A stretch of 64,000 bases of DNA, from assembly GCA_033723415.1 (NCBI GenBank), contig JAWVXD010000011.1, forward strand, positions 11,120-75,119. The letters are read 5' to 3'. The number at the start of each line of letters is the position of its first letter. Position 1 is the first letter of the stretch. The stretch comes from Sulfurospirillaceae bacterium (GTDB lineage Bacteria; Campylobacterota; Campylobacteria; Campylobacterales; Sulfurospirillaceae). Made by a program: the position numbers and the translations under genes. The notes below the pieces were generated by a model. It saw nothing but the letters and a program-made list of their open reading frames with translations. It had not been told where the DNA came from and searched no databases. Shown in pieces: positions 19,496-30,661 of this stretch.

Positions 19496-22122
19496 TAACT
19501 TATTTCCTCTAACTCTTTTTTGACTTTGGCAAATTTGACTTTGGCATCATCTAGTGATTTTTGATTTTGTTCAACAACGGCTTCAGGTGCATTGGCGACA
19601 AATTTTTCATTGCCAAGCATGTTCTCTAATTTTTTGATCTCTATTTCTAACTTATTTTTTTGATTGTTTAATCTATCTTTTATAGGGCTCAGATCGATAT
19701 CTGCCAGTGGTATATACACTTCAAGATTGTCACTGATATCGCTTGCGCTATTTGGTACTTTTTCACTGACTAAGTTAATATTTTCGACTTTTGCCAATAG
19801 CTGAATATAAGGCAGAGCATCACTTAGGATATCTGTATCATCAAGCTTTATAGAAGCGTTTTTAATCTTTTTATTACCCATCTCGATATTTGCTTTAGCT
19901 CGTCTTATACTGATGATGGCTTCTATTACAAGCTCAAATATTTTTTCGGCTTCATCATCTCTTTTATCGGCTATAGGATATGATTTGATCATGATAGACT
20001 CACACTCTTCCAATTTTGTACCTGATAATTCTTGATACAAAAATTCTGAAATAAAAGGTGTAAGAGGATGTATAAGTTTCATAGCCTCTTTAAAGATGCT
20101 ACCCAACTCTTTGACACTTGATTTGTCTGCTTTACTAAGCTCTATCCCCCAATCACAGAACTCTCCCCATAAAAATCTATAAAGCACGGTAGCTGCATCA
20201 TTAAATCTATATTGATCAAAAAAGTCTCTCGTCTCTTTTGTCGCAACCATTAATCGGCTGTACATATATTTGCCAAGAGGAGTTTTTATCTCTATGTCAC
20301 TTAGATCTTCAAATTTTTCTTCATGCATAAGCAAGAATCTCGATGCATTATAGAGCTTGTTTGTAAAGTTTCTCATCTGCTCTAATTTTTCACCGCTCAG
20401 TTTTATATCTCTTCCTTGGACAGCCAATATTGCCAATGTAAATCTTAGAGTGTCAGCGCTAAATTCTTCGATCGTATCAAGAGGATTTATAACATTTCCT
20501 TTGGATTTACTCATCTTTTGTCCATGTTCGTCTTTTACAAGAGCATGCAGATAAATATCTTTGAAAGGCAGTTCTTTAAATGCATGTTCTCCTTGGAACA
20601 TCATACGTGCAACCCAGAAAAAAAGTATATCAAAGCCTGTTATGACAAGGGAATTTGGATAAAATTTTTCTAGATCCCCTTCAAACCATTTTTCTCCCTC
20701 TAACGCTTTTCCGTTTCCCCAGCCAAGTGTAGAAAAAGGCCAAAGTCCTGAACTAAACCATGTATCTAGTACATCAGGATCTTGATAAATATTCTTGCTT
20801 TCACATATAGGACATACAAGCTGTGTTTCTTTTTCACTAGCCCACTCATAACCGCAATCTTTACAGTAAAAAACAGGAATCCTGTGTCCCCACCAAAGCT
20901 GACGCGATATACACCAATCTCTGAGATCTTTCATCCAAGCGTTAAATGAATTTATCCAATGCGCAGGAAAAAATTCACACAAGTGTTCATTTACTTTTTG
21001 TATCGCACCATCTGCTATCTCTTTTTTAACGAACCATTGCTTTGAAATATAAGGCTCTACGATATTGTGACATCTATAGCAGTGACCGACTTGATTTTCA
21101 TAATCTTCAATCTTTTCTACAAAACCTGCACTTTTGAGTTTTTTTACTATTAATTCTCTGGATTCAAGTCTCTCAAGTCCTTCAAATTCACCGCAATATG
21201 CATTTAAAATTCCTCTCTCATTAAAGATCGTGATAAATTCCAAATCATGTCTTTTCCCTACTTCATAGTCATTTAGATCATGCGCAGGCGTTACTTTTAC
21301 GCAGCCTGTTCCAAATTCCATATCAACATGTGAGTCTGCTATGACCGTGATCTCTCGTCCAACAAGAGGAAGAATAACTTTCTTACCTACAAGATGTTTG
21401 TACCGCTCATCATCCGGATGTACCATAACTGCGGTATCTCCGAAGTATGTCTCAGGTCTTGTGGTTGCAACTATCAAGTACTCATCAGAGTCTTTCAAAA
21501 AGTATTTTAGATGATAAAGTTTACCTTTATTTTGTTCGTATTCAACTTCTATGTCACTGAGTGCACCATCGTGTGTACACCAATTTACCATATAGTTACC
21601 GCGAACTATCATACCTTCATTGTATAGATTTACAAATGATTTTTTAACTGAATTCTTTAATCCTTCGTCCATAGTAAATCGTTCACGACTCCATGCAGGA
21701 CTTATTCCTAGTTTTCTCATCTGGTGAACAATCTCTCCACCGCTGAATTCTTTCCATTTCCACACTTTTTCTAAAAATGCTTCTCTGCCGATTTCATCTT
21801 TTGTAATCCCTTCAGCTAAAAGTTGTTTTTCCACAACATTTTGCGTAGCGATTCCGGCATGATCAGTTCCAGGCTGCCACAAAGTCTTGAAGCCGTCCAT
21901 TCTTTTGTATCTTGTGATTATATCTTGCAAAGTAAATGTCAAAGAGTGTCCTATGTGTAAGCTTCCAGTGACATTAGGCGGGGGCATCATGATACAAAAG
22001 TTTTTTCCTTTTGTTTGGATATTTTTATTGCCGTCTATTTCAAAATAACCTCTCTCTTCCCATATTTTATAATACTTGTCTTCTACATTTTTTGGATTAT
22101 AAACCGTGCTCTTTTCACTCAT
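19495..22122 (-). CDS. valS: Valine--tRNA ligase
   Basis: PPPNVTGSLHIGH, DHAGIATQ, DWCISRQLWWGH, KMSKSKGN, C-terminal coiled coil. Confidence 0.98.
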   Translation of the reverse strand: MSEKSTVYNPKNVEDKYYKIWEERGYFEIDGNKNIQTKGKNFCIMMPPPNVTGSLHIGHSLTFTLQDIITRYKRMDGFKTLWQPGTDHAGIATQNVVEKQLLAEGITKDEIGREAFLEKVWKWKEFSGGEIVHQMRKLGISPAWSRERFTMDEGLKNSVKKSFVNLYNEGMIVRGNYMVNWCTHDGALSDIEVEYEQNKGKLYHLKYFLKDSDEYLIVATTRPETYFGDTAVMVHPDDERYKHLVGKKVILPLVGREITVIADSHVDMEFGTGCVKVTPAHDLNDYEVGKRHDLEFITIFNERGILNAYCGEFEGLERLESRELIVKKLKSAGFVEKIEDYENQVGHCYRCHNIVEPYISKQWFVKKEIADGAIQKVNEHLCEFFPAHWINSFNAWMKDLRDWCISRQLWWGHRIPVFYCKDCGYEWASEKETQLVCPICESKNIYQDPDVLDTWFSSGLWPFSTLGWGNGKALEGEKWFEGDLEKFYPNSLVITGFDILFFWVARMMFQGEHAFKELPFKDIYLHALVKDEHGQKMSKSKGNVINPLDTIEEFSADTLRFTLAILAVQGRDIKLSGEKLEQMRNFTNKLYNASRFLLMHEEKFEDLSDIEIKTPLGKYMYSRLMVATKETRDFFDQYRFNDAATVLYRFLWGEFCDWGIELSKADKSSVKELGSIFKEAMKLIHPLTPFISEFLYQELSGTKLEECESIMIKSYPIADKRDDEAEKIFELVIEAIISIRRAKANIEMGNKKIKNASIKLDDTDILSDALPYIQLLAKVENINLVSEKVPNSASDISDNLEVYIPLADIDLSPIKDRLNNQKNKLEIEIKKLENMLGNEKFVANAPEAVVEQNQKSLDDAKVKFAKVKKELEEIS

Positions 22123-22243
22123 AATAGTTGAAACCTTGTAATTTTTAACGCGATTATACTAAAAAGGCATTAAAAACATAATTAATGATAAGTATTTAAG
22201 GCTTTTTTATGTAGTATAATATGCATATTTTGCATAAAAGGGT

Positions 22244-24064
22244 TTGCAAGTGCAAGAAAATAAAAAAATATTAGCCATAATTTCGGGCTTGATGCTTACA
22301 TTTTTAATAGTTGTCGTAATTATTGTGAGTTTTAACTTTAAAAATTACTCTCAAGCAAAAGAATACGAACAAGCAAACGTGATCGCTTCATTGGTCAAGG
22401 ATGGATTGACTGCACATATGGCCTCAGGCACTATGAGTAAAAGAGAATTATTTTTAGATAATGCAAAAAAATCTTCAGGCGCTCGTGATGTTTGGATATT
22501 TAGAACAGATAAAGTTGTAAAGCTCTTTGGAAAAGGTTTTAGAGATGAAACCATAAGAGACGATATTGACAGAAAAGTGATAAAAACTGCAAAAACATAT
22601 GAGAGCATAGATGAAAGTTTTGTCCGTCCAACCCTAAGGGTGACGATTCCTTATATCGCATCTTCATATTCAAATCCAAACTGTTTAAAGTGCCATACCA
22701 ATGCAAAAGAAGGCGAAGTCTTAGGCGGCATAAGTATGGTATTTAATATCGAAGATGCTAGATTTTCAAGTTTTGTAGCTATTATCAAGATATTAGGTGC
22801 AGCTCTTGTTTTTATAGTATTTTTTATTTATATCGCCAATAAACTTTTTAAACCATACATTGGTGCACTGATAGCAATAAAAGAGTCTTTGAAAAAAGCA
22901 AATAAAGGTGATTATTTAACTAGGATAGAGATCAAAGGTGATACTGAATCCACGGAAGTATTTAGATGGCTAAACACTCTTTTAGAAAAGTTAGAAAAAA
23001 CAATCGGTGCAATTGATAAAAATATTTCTTTATTTGTAGCGGACAGAAGAAAAGAGTTTAATGATCCATTGGAAAAATCCCAAGCAATCATAGAAGATAT
23101 AGCTATGATCTACAGATTTAAAAGAACTATAGAACAAGACACATCAAAAGAAGTAATATACAAAAGGCTTATAAAGATATTTAAAGAACAGTTGAATTTT
23201 AATGATGTATCTCTTTTTGAAATTGATATTAAAAATGACAAAAGAATTTTGATATATCATGATAATCCTGAGAAATATTGTTCTATCGCTGATTATAAAG
23301 TCAGCCAAAGGTGCAGAGCTTACAGGACTAATTCTATAGTAGTAAGTGATGATTTTGAAAATATTTGCCAATCATGTTCAACTTCAAAAGAGTATCTATG
23401 TATCAATTATCCAATTGATGAGAATGTATCTTTGGTCGTAAATATTAAGCCTAAAGACAAGGCTGAACTATTTGAAAATAAAAAAGCTATAGGTTATATC
23501 AAAAATTATTTGGAATCAGCCAGACCGGTCCTTCAAAGCAAAATCTTGACTGAAATACTTCAAAGATCAAATATGATCGATGGATTGACAAAGCTTTATA
23601 ATAGAAAGTATTTAGATATTTTTATGGAAACTGAGATAAGGGAATATAAATCTTATTCGGTCGCTATGATAGATATTGATTATTTTAAAAAGATAAACGA
23701 TTCATTTGGTCATGATGCAGGTGATAAAGTTTTAAAAGGTCTTTCTGAAGTTTTTAGGAAAGTTATCAAAGAAGATGATGTTGCTTTTAGATTTGGAGGA
23801 GAAGAATTTTTAATCTTTATCCCAAATACTGAAAGTGCGTTAGAAACAGTACAAAACATAAAAGATGAGTTTGAAAAAACAATTTTTAAGATAGGGGAAA
23901 CAAGTATAAACAAAACACTTAGTGCAGGGATATCATACTTTCAAGATGATGCACTAAGCGCGTGGCAAGTGATCAAAAATGCCGATATTGCCTTATATGA
24001 TGCAAAAAATAACGGGAGGAATAAGATCGTATTGTTTAAAGATATCAAAAATAAGGATAAATAA
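22244..24064 (+). CDS. Membrane diguanylate cyclase with periplasmic CxxCH sensor, HAMP-like and Cys-rich GAF-like domains
   Basis: Two TM flanking PNCLKCH; DGLTKLYNR, DIDYFKKIND, FRFGGEEF; KEDD where the RxxD I-site would be. Confidence 0.9.
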   Translation: MQVQENKKILAIISGLMLTFLIVVVIIVSFNFKNYSQAKEYEQANVIASLVKDGLTAHMASGTMSKRELFLDNAKKSSGARDVWIFRTDKVVKLFGKGFRDETIRDDIDRKVIKTAKTYESIDESFVRPTLRVTIPYIASSYSNPNCLKCHTNAKEGEVLGGISMVFNIEDARFSSFVAIIKILGAALVFIVFFIYIANKLFKPYIGALIAIKESLKKANKGDYLTRIEIKGDTESTEVFRWLNTLLEKLEKTIGAIDKNISLFVADRRKEFNDPLEKSQAIIEDIAMIYRFKRTIEQDTSKEVIYKRLIKIFKEQLNFNDVSLFEIDIKNDKRILIYHDNPEKYCSIADYKVSQRCRAYRTNSIVVSDDFENICQSCSTSKEYLCINYPIDENVSLVVNIKPKDKAELFENKKAIGYIKNYLESARPVLQSKILTEILQRSNMIDGLTKLYNRKYLDIFMETEIREYKSYSVAMIDIDYFKKINDSFGHDAGDKVLKGLSEVFRKVIKEDDVAFRFGGEEFLIFIPNTESALETVQNIKDEFEKTIFKIGETSINKTLSAGISYFQDDALSAWQVIKNADIALYDAKNNGRNKIVLFKDIKNKDK

Positions 24065-27000
24065 TTAAAACAAACAGTCTATGTAAATTTTTATTAATCT
24101 TATTAATTCCGGTATTTGGAATATCTTCAACATTGGTGGTGGATAATACGCCATCCGGAGTATTTAGTTGCGTAAATACTTCTCATCCGTATAATACTAT
24201 ACAAGGGGCTCTCAATGCCTCTAGACATGGGGATACTATAGAGATATGTAGTGGAACTTATAATGAATCTTTGAATATAAACGAAAATGATCTGACTATA
24301 AAAGGCGTATCAGGACAAGCTATAGATGATGTAGTTATAAATGCAGGGAACAATATAGGTATAACTTTAAGTAAAAAAAACATTACTCTTGAGAATTTTA
24401 AACTGATTTCAACAAATAATTATGGAATATACGGAGACAACCACGGTAAAGGTGATCATGTTTTTAGAAAATTGATCATAGAAGCTGGTAATAGAGGGAT
24501 TTATCTAACAAACGGCAATAAGCAGACATTTGAAGATTTGAATATTACTGCAGGTGACATCGGTATCTATACTAGCTATGATGTAAAAGGGGATCATACA
24601 TATAACAATATTACGATAAATTCCAAAGACAATGCGATACAAGCAGATAATGGAGGTTTGTCATTTGAAAATCTAAATCTCACTTCAACAAACGGTATGG
24701 GTATTGATATCGGCAATACTTCAAAAGATCTATTGTTCCAACATATAGCCATCAGTAGTAAAAATGAGGGAATCTACACAACAAGTAACGTTTCAGGACA
24801 GAAAATATTCAATGACATCAATATTTCATCGCAAGCCACCGGTATTTCGGTAAATGGCGGCAAACAAGTCTCTTTGGATTATATTGACGTAAATAGTTCA
24901 AACAATATGGGAATCTATCTGGCTTATAACGCTTGGGGAAACCATACTTTTAATCACATCAAAGTCAATTCTAAATCAGAAGCCGTTTATGTCGCAAATG
25001 GCGGATTGAGCTTTCAAAATATGGATTTGAATTCAACTACAGATAGAGGCTTGGACATAGAGAATACAAACAATGATCTTACAATTGACAATATAACAAT
25101 TCAAAGTCAAAAAGAGGGAATATATGCACCTTGGGATGTTAACGGCAACAGTATCTTAAAAAATATTACAATAAATTCACTCGGTTCAGGTATATCTTTT
25201 GCAAGAGGTTTTTCAAGTCTCAGTGATGCAAATATAACCAGCAGAGCCAGAGGCGTTGATACGGCTGCGTACAGAGATATGGTTATAGACAATGTGGATA
25301 TAAACACAAGTTCAGGTACAAATTACGGCATTCTTCTAAATTGGGGAGATAGCAATGCTAAAATAACTATACAAAACAGTAAAATTTCAGCCGGAGATGA
25401 TGGCATACATACTAACAATGGCTATTTGAACATAGATTCGGTATGTATTAACGGTGCAAAAAGAGGTATTTATATCCCGTGGAATGTATATAATGCAGTG
25501 GTTAAAAACACGGTTATAAAAAATACTACTGATGTTGACTTGGAACTTAGTTCATCTACCGGTTATCCGGCTAGCATAACAAATAACTGCTTTTACGGCA
25601 GTGCTTTAGCCAACTCAAATAGTACGGTACATTATTTTGATAGCAACTATTGGGACGGATTTAGCGGTACTGTATATAAAAGCGGAAATGTTGTAGATAA
25701 TCATCCCAAAGCTACTTGTACTGCTACCGGTTGCGGAGGTAGTACTTCTGTGGCTCCTTTGGTAGATTACTGGTTTGATGAATGTTCATGGAGTGGTGTG
25801 AGTGGTGAAGTTAAAGATAGCAGTGGAAATGGCTATAACGCAACAGCTATGAACGGATTGGATACAAACAGTTCAGGAAAAGTATATAGAGGGGCAACAT
25901 TCAATGGAACTGATCATTATATCTATGCTCAAGGTATAGCTTCTTATCTTCAAAAAACGGCTTCTCTCGGTTTTTGGATCAAGACTACGCAAACTGGAAA
26001 TAATACAGACTGGTTGGCTCCAGGGATCAGCGGTATAGAACAAAACGGCGGAACCAATGACATATTTTGGGGTTGGCTTGATGCTACAGGACATATACAT
26101 ATCACAAAAGGCAATGGAAATGGTGCTGAATCTACTAATCCCATCAATGATGATTTGTGGCATCATGTCGTTTTAACCAGAGATTCATCAACTGGACAGC
26201 TCCAAGTCTATGTTGACGGCAATTTGAATCAAACTTCATTTTCAGACAGTGGAGATGTTACTACAAACTTTTCAAGCATCGGCAGGATTGAAAATACGAA
26301 TTCATCTATTTTGCCGAAATATTTTCATGGAAGTTTAGATGAAGTTGAGATTTACAATCGTGTTCTGTCTGCTTCTGAGATAAAAACGATTTATGATAAT
26401 GAAAACGTAGGTAAAAACTATGATGGAAGTACCAGGGTAGCACCTACTTGTACTGCATTAAAAGAGTGCTTTAGCGATAATTTTAACAGAACAAGTCTTG
26501 GCGACAAATGGAGTATTATCAGCACAGGAACACACCCTCCTGATGTTACTGACAATAAGCTGATGCTGACAAAAAATATAGGAAATATTTCTTCTGGTGT
26601 GTCGCTTGTTGGAAGTTTTCCATCCAATAACAATATAATTCAGATAGAATTTGAAGGAAATGCTTATGCAGGCAGTGGAGCGGATGGAGTTTCGGTGATT
26701 CTTTCAGATGCAAATACGACACCTGTTGCAGGAGGATTTGGAGGATCTTTAGGATATGCCCCTAAAAATGAAATTTTAGGCTTTGCAGGTGCATGGCTTG
26801 GTTTTGGTTTGGATGAATACGGAAATTTTGCGGATGACAATGACGGCAACAAAGGTAGAGGCTGCACTTACAGACCGACAAGCAGAATTTTGGATTCTTT
26901 GACGATTCGAGGCAGGGGAGACAGCAATAGATTAAATGGATACTGTTTTATCGCAAACAGTGGAAATCTGGCTACTAGTACCGGTGTCGGTATAGATGAT

Positions 27001-29037
27001 ACAAGCTCAGCTACTCCGGCTCCTAAAAGTAATTATAAATTTATCATTGACACTAGAAATAATCAGACTTTGATCACCGTATACAGAGACATTCATGATG
27101 GAAACGGTTATGTGCTTTTGCCAAACATGAATGAAGTAAACGCTACCCAAAACGCCTCGCCACCTGCAAACTTCAGATTTAGCTTAACAGGTTCTACAGG
27201 TGGATCTACAAATTATCACAGTATTGATGATTTAAATATAAGTGCTCTTAGTTGCGGTACTTTAGGGCAAATTCAAAATAATAAGAACAATTATTTTGAT
27301 GCTTGGGAAGTAGGTTCTGCTTACAATATAAGCAACCGTGTCATTAAAACAAAAATAGTAAAGAAAAATTTCACTCTCAATGTAGTTGCTTTAAATGAGA
27401 CAAATACTGATTACCAAGATTTTAACGGAACAGTCTGTGCCCGTGTCGTTGACAGCAGCAGTAACAAAATTCTTTCAGGTTGGGTAAAACTTTTATTCGA
27501 TGCGTCACATCCTTATATAAATACTGCGACATTTAACTCAGATTATGCCAGTAGAGATGCGAGGATTGATCTTTCTTGGAAAAAAGGCGTTGACACTACT
27601 TGTCCTATAACAAACGAAGATAATTCTACGAGATCAACAGATAATTTTGCCATCCGTCCATCACATTTCACTTTTGATACAAATTCCACAACCTTATATG
27701 CAGGAGTTCCATTTAAATTGGACATAAATGCTACAAACAATAGTGGAAATAATAGTTTAGATTATAATGAAACAAACGGCACATCATATAGTGTCGGCAT
27801 TAATGATTCCAATGCGACTTGTCCTAGCGGGACTCTAAGCAATGTACCAAATCCTTTAAAATTTTCAGACGGATTAATTGCGTTAAATACCAAATACAGT
27901 GAAGTAGGTGATGTAAATATCACTATTAAAGAAAATTTGGGTAGTGAATTTGCCCTAGTAGATCAAAACGATACAAGCGCTATAGACAGACTTATTCCGG
28001 CAACCAGTAAAACTATAACATTCAATCCTTACAAGTTTAGTATTATAAACTATAATTTTACAAGAAATCCTGATCAAGATTGGCGATATATGTCAGACGT
28101 AAAAGATGCAAATATAAGCTTGTCTTTTAAAGTTCAAGCTCAAAATGCAGATGGAGTGGTCACGAAAAAATTTGATTATCAATGTTACAGTAAAGCAGTA
28201 GATGTCAAAATTGACTTAAACTCTACATCTAGTGATGGAAATGTCAGTTATTTTCAGTTGATAAACAACTCGTCTACTTACGGAAATGATAAAAACTTAA
28301 GTGATTTTAACTTTAATGGCACGATAAATGATCAGAACTTTACGGAAGGAAATAGCTCAACAGTACAGTATGCACTAAATGTACATAGAGAGTATAATGT
28401 ACCAAAAAATCCATTGACTATAAGCGGGGTCGATATAAACACAAGCTATCCAAGTGATTCAAATGTCATAAATCAAGGTCTTGTTCTGGATAACAATAAC
28501 AGTCAATTTTATTATGGAAGATTGAGCGTTAATGACATAGACACAAATCAACACAGTGCAATATTTAATCAAAAGATAGAAGTATACTCAAGTGCCACAA
28601 ATACGTATGTTAGCGGTTTTCATCAAGACAGTACCAATTGGTATCAAATGCAAAAAGATAATCTTACCGTGATGAATGCACTTTTGCCCAAGGTTGATTT
28701 TACGCTAAATCTTGATAAAGTAGGTATTGATGATATAACTACGACCCAAAATACGCTTTTGGGAGTTGATAGTTTTACTATCACAAATCATTGGACCAAT
28801 GCTGATTCTGCATATATTCACATAAAAGTACCGACTTATCTTTGGTACAATCAATATAAAGCTTACAGTGATAACAATGCAAGCGATTGCTCAACTCACC
28901 CATGTTTTAGATACAATTTTTTCTTAAACCAAGGGACCTCAGGATTGATACAAAGCGGTGATTTTAACGGTACTGACATCGGATCTGATTACAATCAATC
29001 AACATACATAAAATCTGGCGTAAAAGTATTTAGATGA
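24064..29037 (+). CDS. Large MshQ-like pilus adhesin: beta-helix, LamG, L-type-lectin-like and C-terminal MshQ-type regions
   Basis: Beta-helix cap YNTIQGALN...GTYNE; LamG (DYWFDECSW...WHHVVLTR...GSLDEVEIYNRVLS); lectin-like GADG...GGFGGSLGYAP; STDNFAIRP; a signal peptide appears only if translation starts at ATT 24064 (ORF track starts at TTG 24133). Confidence 0.8.
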   Translation: MKTNSLCKFLLILLIPVFGISSTLVVDNTPSGVFSCVNTSHPYNTIQGALNASRHGDTIEICSGTYNESLNINENDLTIKGVSGQAIDDVVINAGNNIGITLSKKNITLENFKLISTNNYGIYGDNHGKGDHVFRKLIIEAGNRGIYLTNGNKQTFEDLNITAGDIGIYTSYDVKGDHTYNNITINSKDNAIQADNGGLSFENLNLTSTNGMGIDIGNTSKDLLFQHIAISSKNEGIYTTSNVSGQKIFNDINISSQATGISVNGGKQVSLDYIDVNSSNNMGIYLAYNAWGNHTFNHIKVNSKSEAVYVANGGLSFQNMDLNSTTDRGLDIENTNNDLTIDNITIQSQKEGIYAPWDVNGNSILKNITINSLGSGISFARGFSSLSDANITSRARGVDTAAYRDMVIDNVDINTSSGTNYGILLNWGDSNAKITIQNSKISAGDDGIHTNNGYLNIDSVCINGAKRGIYIPWNVYNAVVKNTVIKNTTDVDLELSSSTGYPASITNNCFYGSALANSNSTVHYFDSNYWDGFSGTVYKSGNVVDNHPKATCTATGCGGSTSVAPLVDYWFDECSWSGVSGEVKDSSGNGYNATAMNGLDTNSSGKVYRGATFNGTDHYIYAQGIASYLQKTASLGFWIKTTQTGNNTDWLAPGISGIEQNGGTNDIFWGWLDATGHIHITKGNGNGAESTNPINDDLWHHVVLTRDSSTGQLQVYVDGNLNQTSFSDSGDVTTNFSSIGRIENTNSSILPKYFHGSLDEVEIYNRVLSASEIKTIYDNENVGKNYDGSTRVAPTCTALKECFSDNFNRTSLGDKWSIISTGTHPPDVTDNKLMLTKNIGNISSGVSLVGSFPSNNNIIQIEFEGNAYAGSGADGVSVILSDANTTPVAGGFGGSLGYAPKNEILGFAGAWLGFGLDEYGNFADDNDGNKGRGCTYRPTSRILDSLTIRGRGDSNRLNGYCFIANSGNLATSTGVGIDDTSSATPAPKSNYKFIIDTRNNQTLITVYRDIHDGNGYVLLPNMNEVNATQNASPPANFRFSLTGSTGGSTNYHSIDDLNISALSCGTLGQIQNNKNNYFDAWEVGSAYNISNRVIKTKIVKKNFTLNVVALNETNTDYQDFNGTVCARVVDSSSNKILSGWVKLLFDASHPYINTATFNSDYASRDARIDLSWKKGVDTTCPITNEDNSTRSTDNFAIRPSHFTFDTNSTTLYAGVPFKLDINATNNSGNNSLDYNETNGTSYSVGINDSNATCPSGTLSNVPNPLKFSDGLIALNTKYSEVGDVNITIKENLGSEFALVDQNDTSAIDRLIPATSKTITFNPYKFSIINYNFTRNPDQDWRYMSDVKDANISLSFKVQAQNADGVVTKKFDYQCYSKAVDVKIDLNSTSSDGNVSYFQLINNSSTYGNDKNLSDFNFNGTINDQNFTEGNSSTVQYALNVHREYNVPKNPLTISGVDINTSYPSDSNVINQGLVLDNNNSQFYYGRLSVNDIDTNQHSAIFNQKIEVYSSATNTYVSGFHQDSTNWYQMQKDNLTVMNALLPKVDFTLNLDKVGIDDITTTQNTLLGVDSFTITNHWTNADSAYIHIKVPTYLWYNQYKAYSDNNASDCSTHPCFRYNFFLNQGTSGLIQSGDFNGTDIGSDYNQSTYIKSGVKVFR

Positions 29038-29720
29038 TAAAAAATACAAGCAGTTATAAAGAGACTCTAAATACTCCAAGGCAAATGCGCTTTGGACTCT
29101 CTTTGATAGAGTTGATTTTTACTATCGTCATCATCGGTATCGTTTTTACCGTTATCCCTAAAATTATTTTATCTTTGAATAAAAGTGATAGTTTTGCGAT
29201 CAGACAAGATGCTCTTTTTAACGGCATTTCTATGATGCAGATGATCTCTTCAATGCCGTGGGATGAAAATAATACGAATTCAAACGACATACTCCACGTA
29301 AGCTCAAGTGCAAATCAAATTTTTGACTGCAATAGCACTACACACTATAGAATAGGTGGTTTTATAGGTTCAAGAAATTGTGAAAACAACAAAGATGCAA
29401 GCTTTATAGCAGATTTTGCCGGGACAAACTACTTTTTGGCAAATAACATAGATGAGTTTAACAATCAAGATATAAATGCAACATATTATAACCTTTTGAT
29501 CGGCGTATATTATATAGATGACAATATAACTTACAGTGCCAATAAAGCGCAAATCGTTCAAAGCACTTTATCTGTGCCATATACTACCAATCTAAAACGA
29601 ATAGACATAAACATAACTTATAATGGAAAAAGAGGAGCACAAGGCAAACAGATCGCACAATTTTCATATGTATCTGCAAATATCGGATTGAAAACTTTAA
29701 GCAGGAGAGTGTGGAGATGA
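29034..29720 (+). CDS. Minor type IV pilin / pseudopilin (MshD-like)
   Basis: Class III signal RFG|LSLIELIFTIVIIG; ATGA overlap with the adhesin stop. Confidence 0.8.
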   Translation: MIKNTSSYKETLNTPRQMRFGLSLIELIFTIVIIGIVFTVIPKIILSLNKSDSFAIRQDALFNGISMMQMISSMPWDENNTNSNDILHVSSSANQIFDCNSTTHYRIGGFIGSRNCENNKDASFIADFAGTNYFLANNIDEFNNQDINATYYNLLIGVYYIDDNITYSANKAQIVQSTLSVPYTTNLKRIDINITYNGKRGAQGKQIAQFSYVSANIGLKTLSRRVWR

Positions 29721-30661
29721 AAAAAGCTTTTACACTCATAGAAGCGATCATAACCATAGTGATCATAGGAATCTTATCTGCGGGTACATTTGTTGCCATG
29801 AAGCATTTGTATGTAAAGGCTGCAAAATCAAAAGCGTTTAGCGACCTCTCAAGCGATTCTCAGATAATAGCCGATCAGGTATCGTCTCTTTTATATCAAA
29901 GAGTTCCAAGTTCGGTTATAGGTTATAAGAGCGATGGAACTTATGGTTCAATTTACAACTTAGGTTCTACTTACAATATTATCGAATGGATAGGATTATC
30001 CAGTGAAGGATTAAAGGCCGGATATTATAGTGGTTTTGTTGATCTAAATGCATCTAATAAAAACACTTTACAGATAGCTTCTTATGATATAAATACTACG
30101 GGATTGAACAATATTTTGGCAAAGAAATTTACCGGTGGAAACCTTAATGATCTCGCACTTGTCTTTGCCGGAAGTTTTGATGATGGATCGCTCTCTTTGG
30201 CAAATGACTTCAATAACTCATTTGGCTGGCATAGCAGCGGTGCTCATCACCATTTAGTTTTTGATGTAACCTTAAATACAAATGATATAACTTTGATACC
30301 CGATGCTAGCAGTACAAATATAGTGATATATGAAAAATACTATCTAGTCGATAGCGCTTATGCGATAGCTAGAGGCAAAGATATAGATTTGAATGCAACG
30401 TGCATCACTGATCTAAATCAAAGTGATAACAGTGATACTCTATTTTTATTTTATGATTATCGCCCTTGGAAAAATCAAACATTTTGTGCCGATCCCAAAG
30501 GCAACGGACAAAGCGGAAGCGTATCTATATTGTCAAAACATGTCACAGGATTTCAGGCAGGTTTGATAAACGGCAATCTTAAATTTAATCTTACATTGGA
30601 AAAACATATAAGAGGCAGTGACAACAATGTCAGTATCTCAAAACAAAAGGTAGTGTTTTGA
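29717..30661 (+). CDS. Minor type IV pilin (MshO-like)
   Basis: MKKA|FTLIEAIITIVIIGIL; ATGA overlap; position in cluster. Confidence 0.8.
   Translation: MKKAFTLIEAIITIVIIGILSAGTFVAMKHLYVKAAKSKAFSDLSSDSQIIADQVSSLLYQRVPSSVIGYKSDGTYGSIYNLGSTYNIIEWIGLSSEGLKAGYYSGFVDLNASNKNTLQIASYDINTTGLNNILAKKFTGGNLNDLALVFAGSFDDGSLSLANDFNNSFGWHSSGAHHHLVFDVTLNTNDITLIPDASSTNIVIYEKYYLVDSAYAIARGKDIDLNATCITDLNQSDNSDTLFLFYDYRPWKNQTFCADPKGNGQSGSVSILSKHVTGFQAGLINGNLKFNLTLEKHIRGSDNNVSISKQKVVF

Noticed and set aside
21060..21090. CYRCH in ValS as a cytochrome motif
   Set aside because: Cytoplasmic synthetase; this is the usual Cys-containing insertion and there is no export signal.
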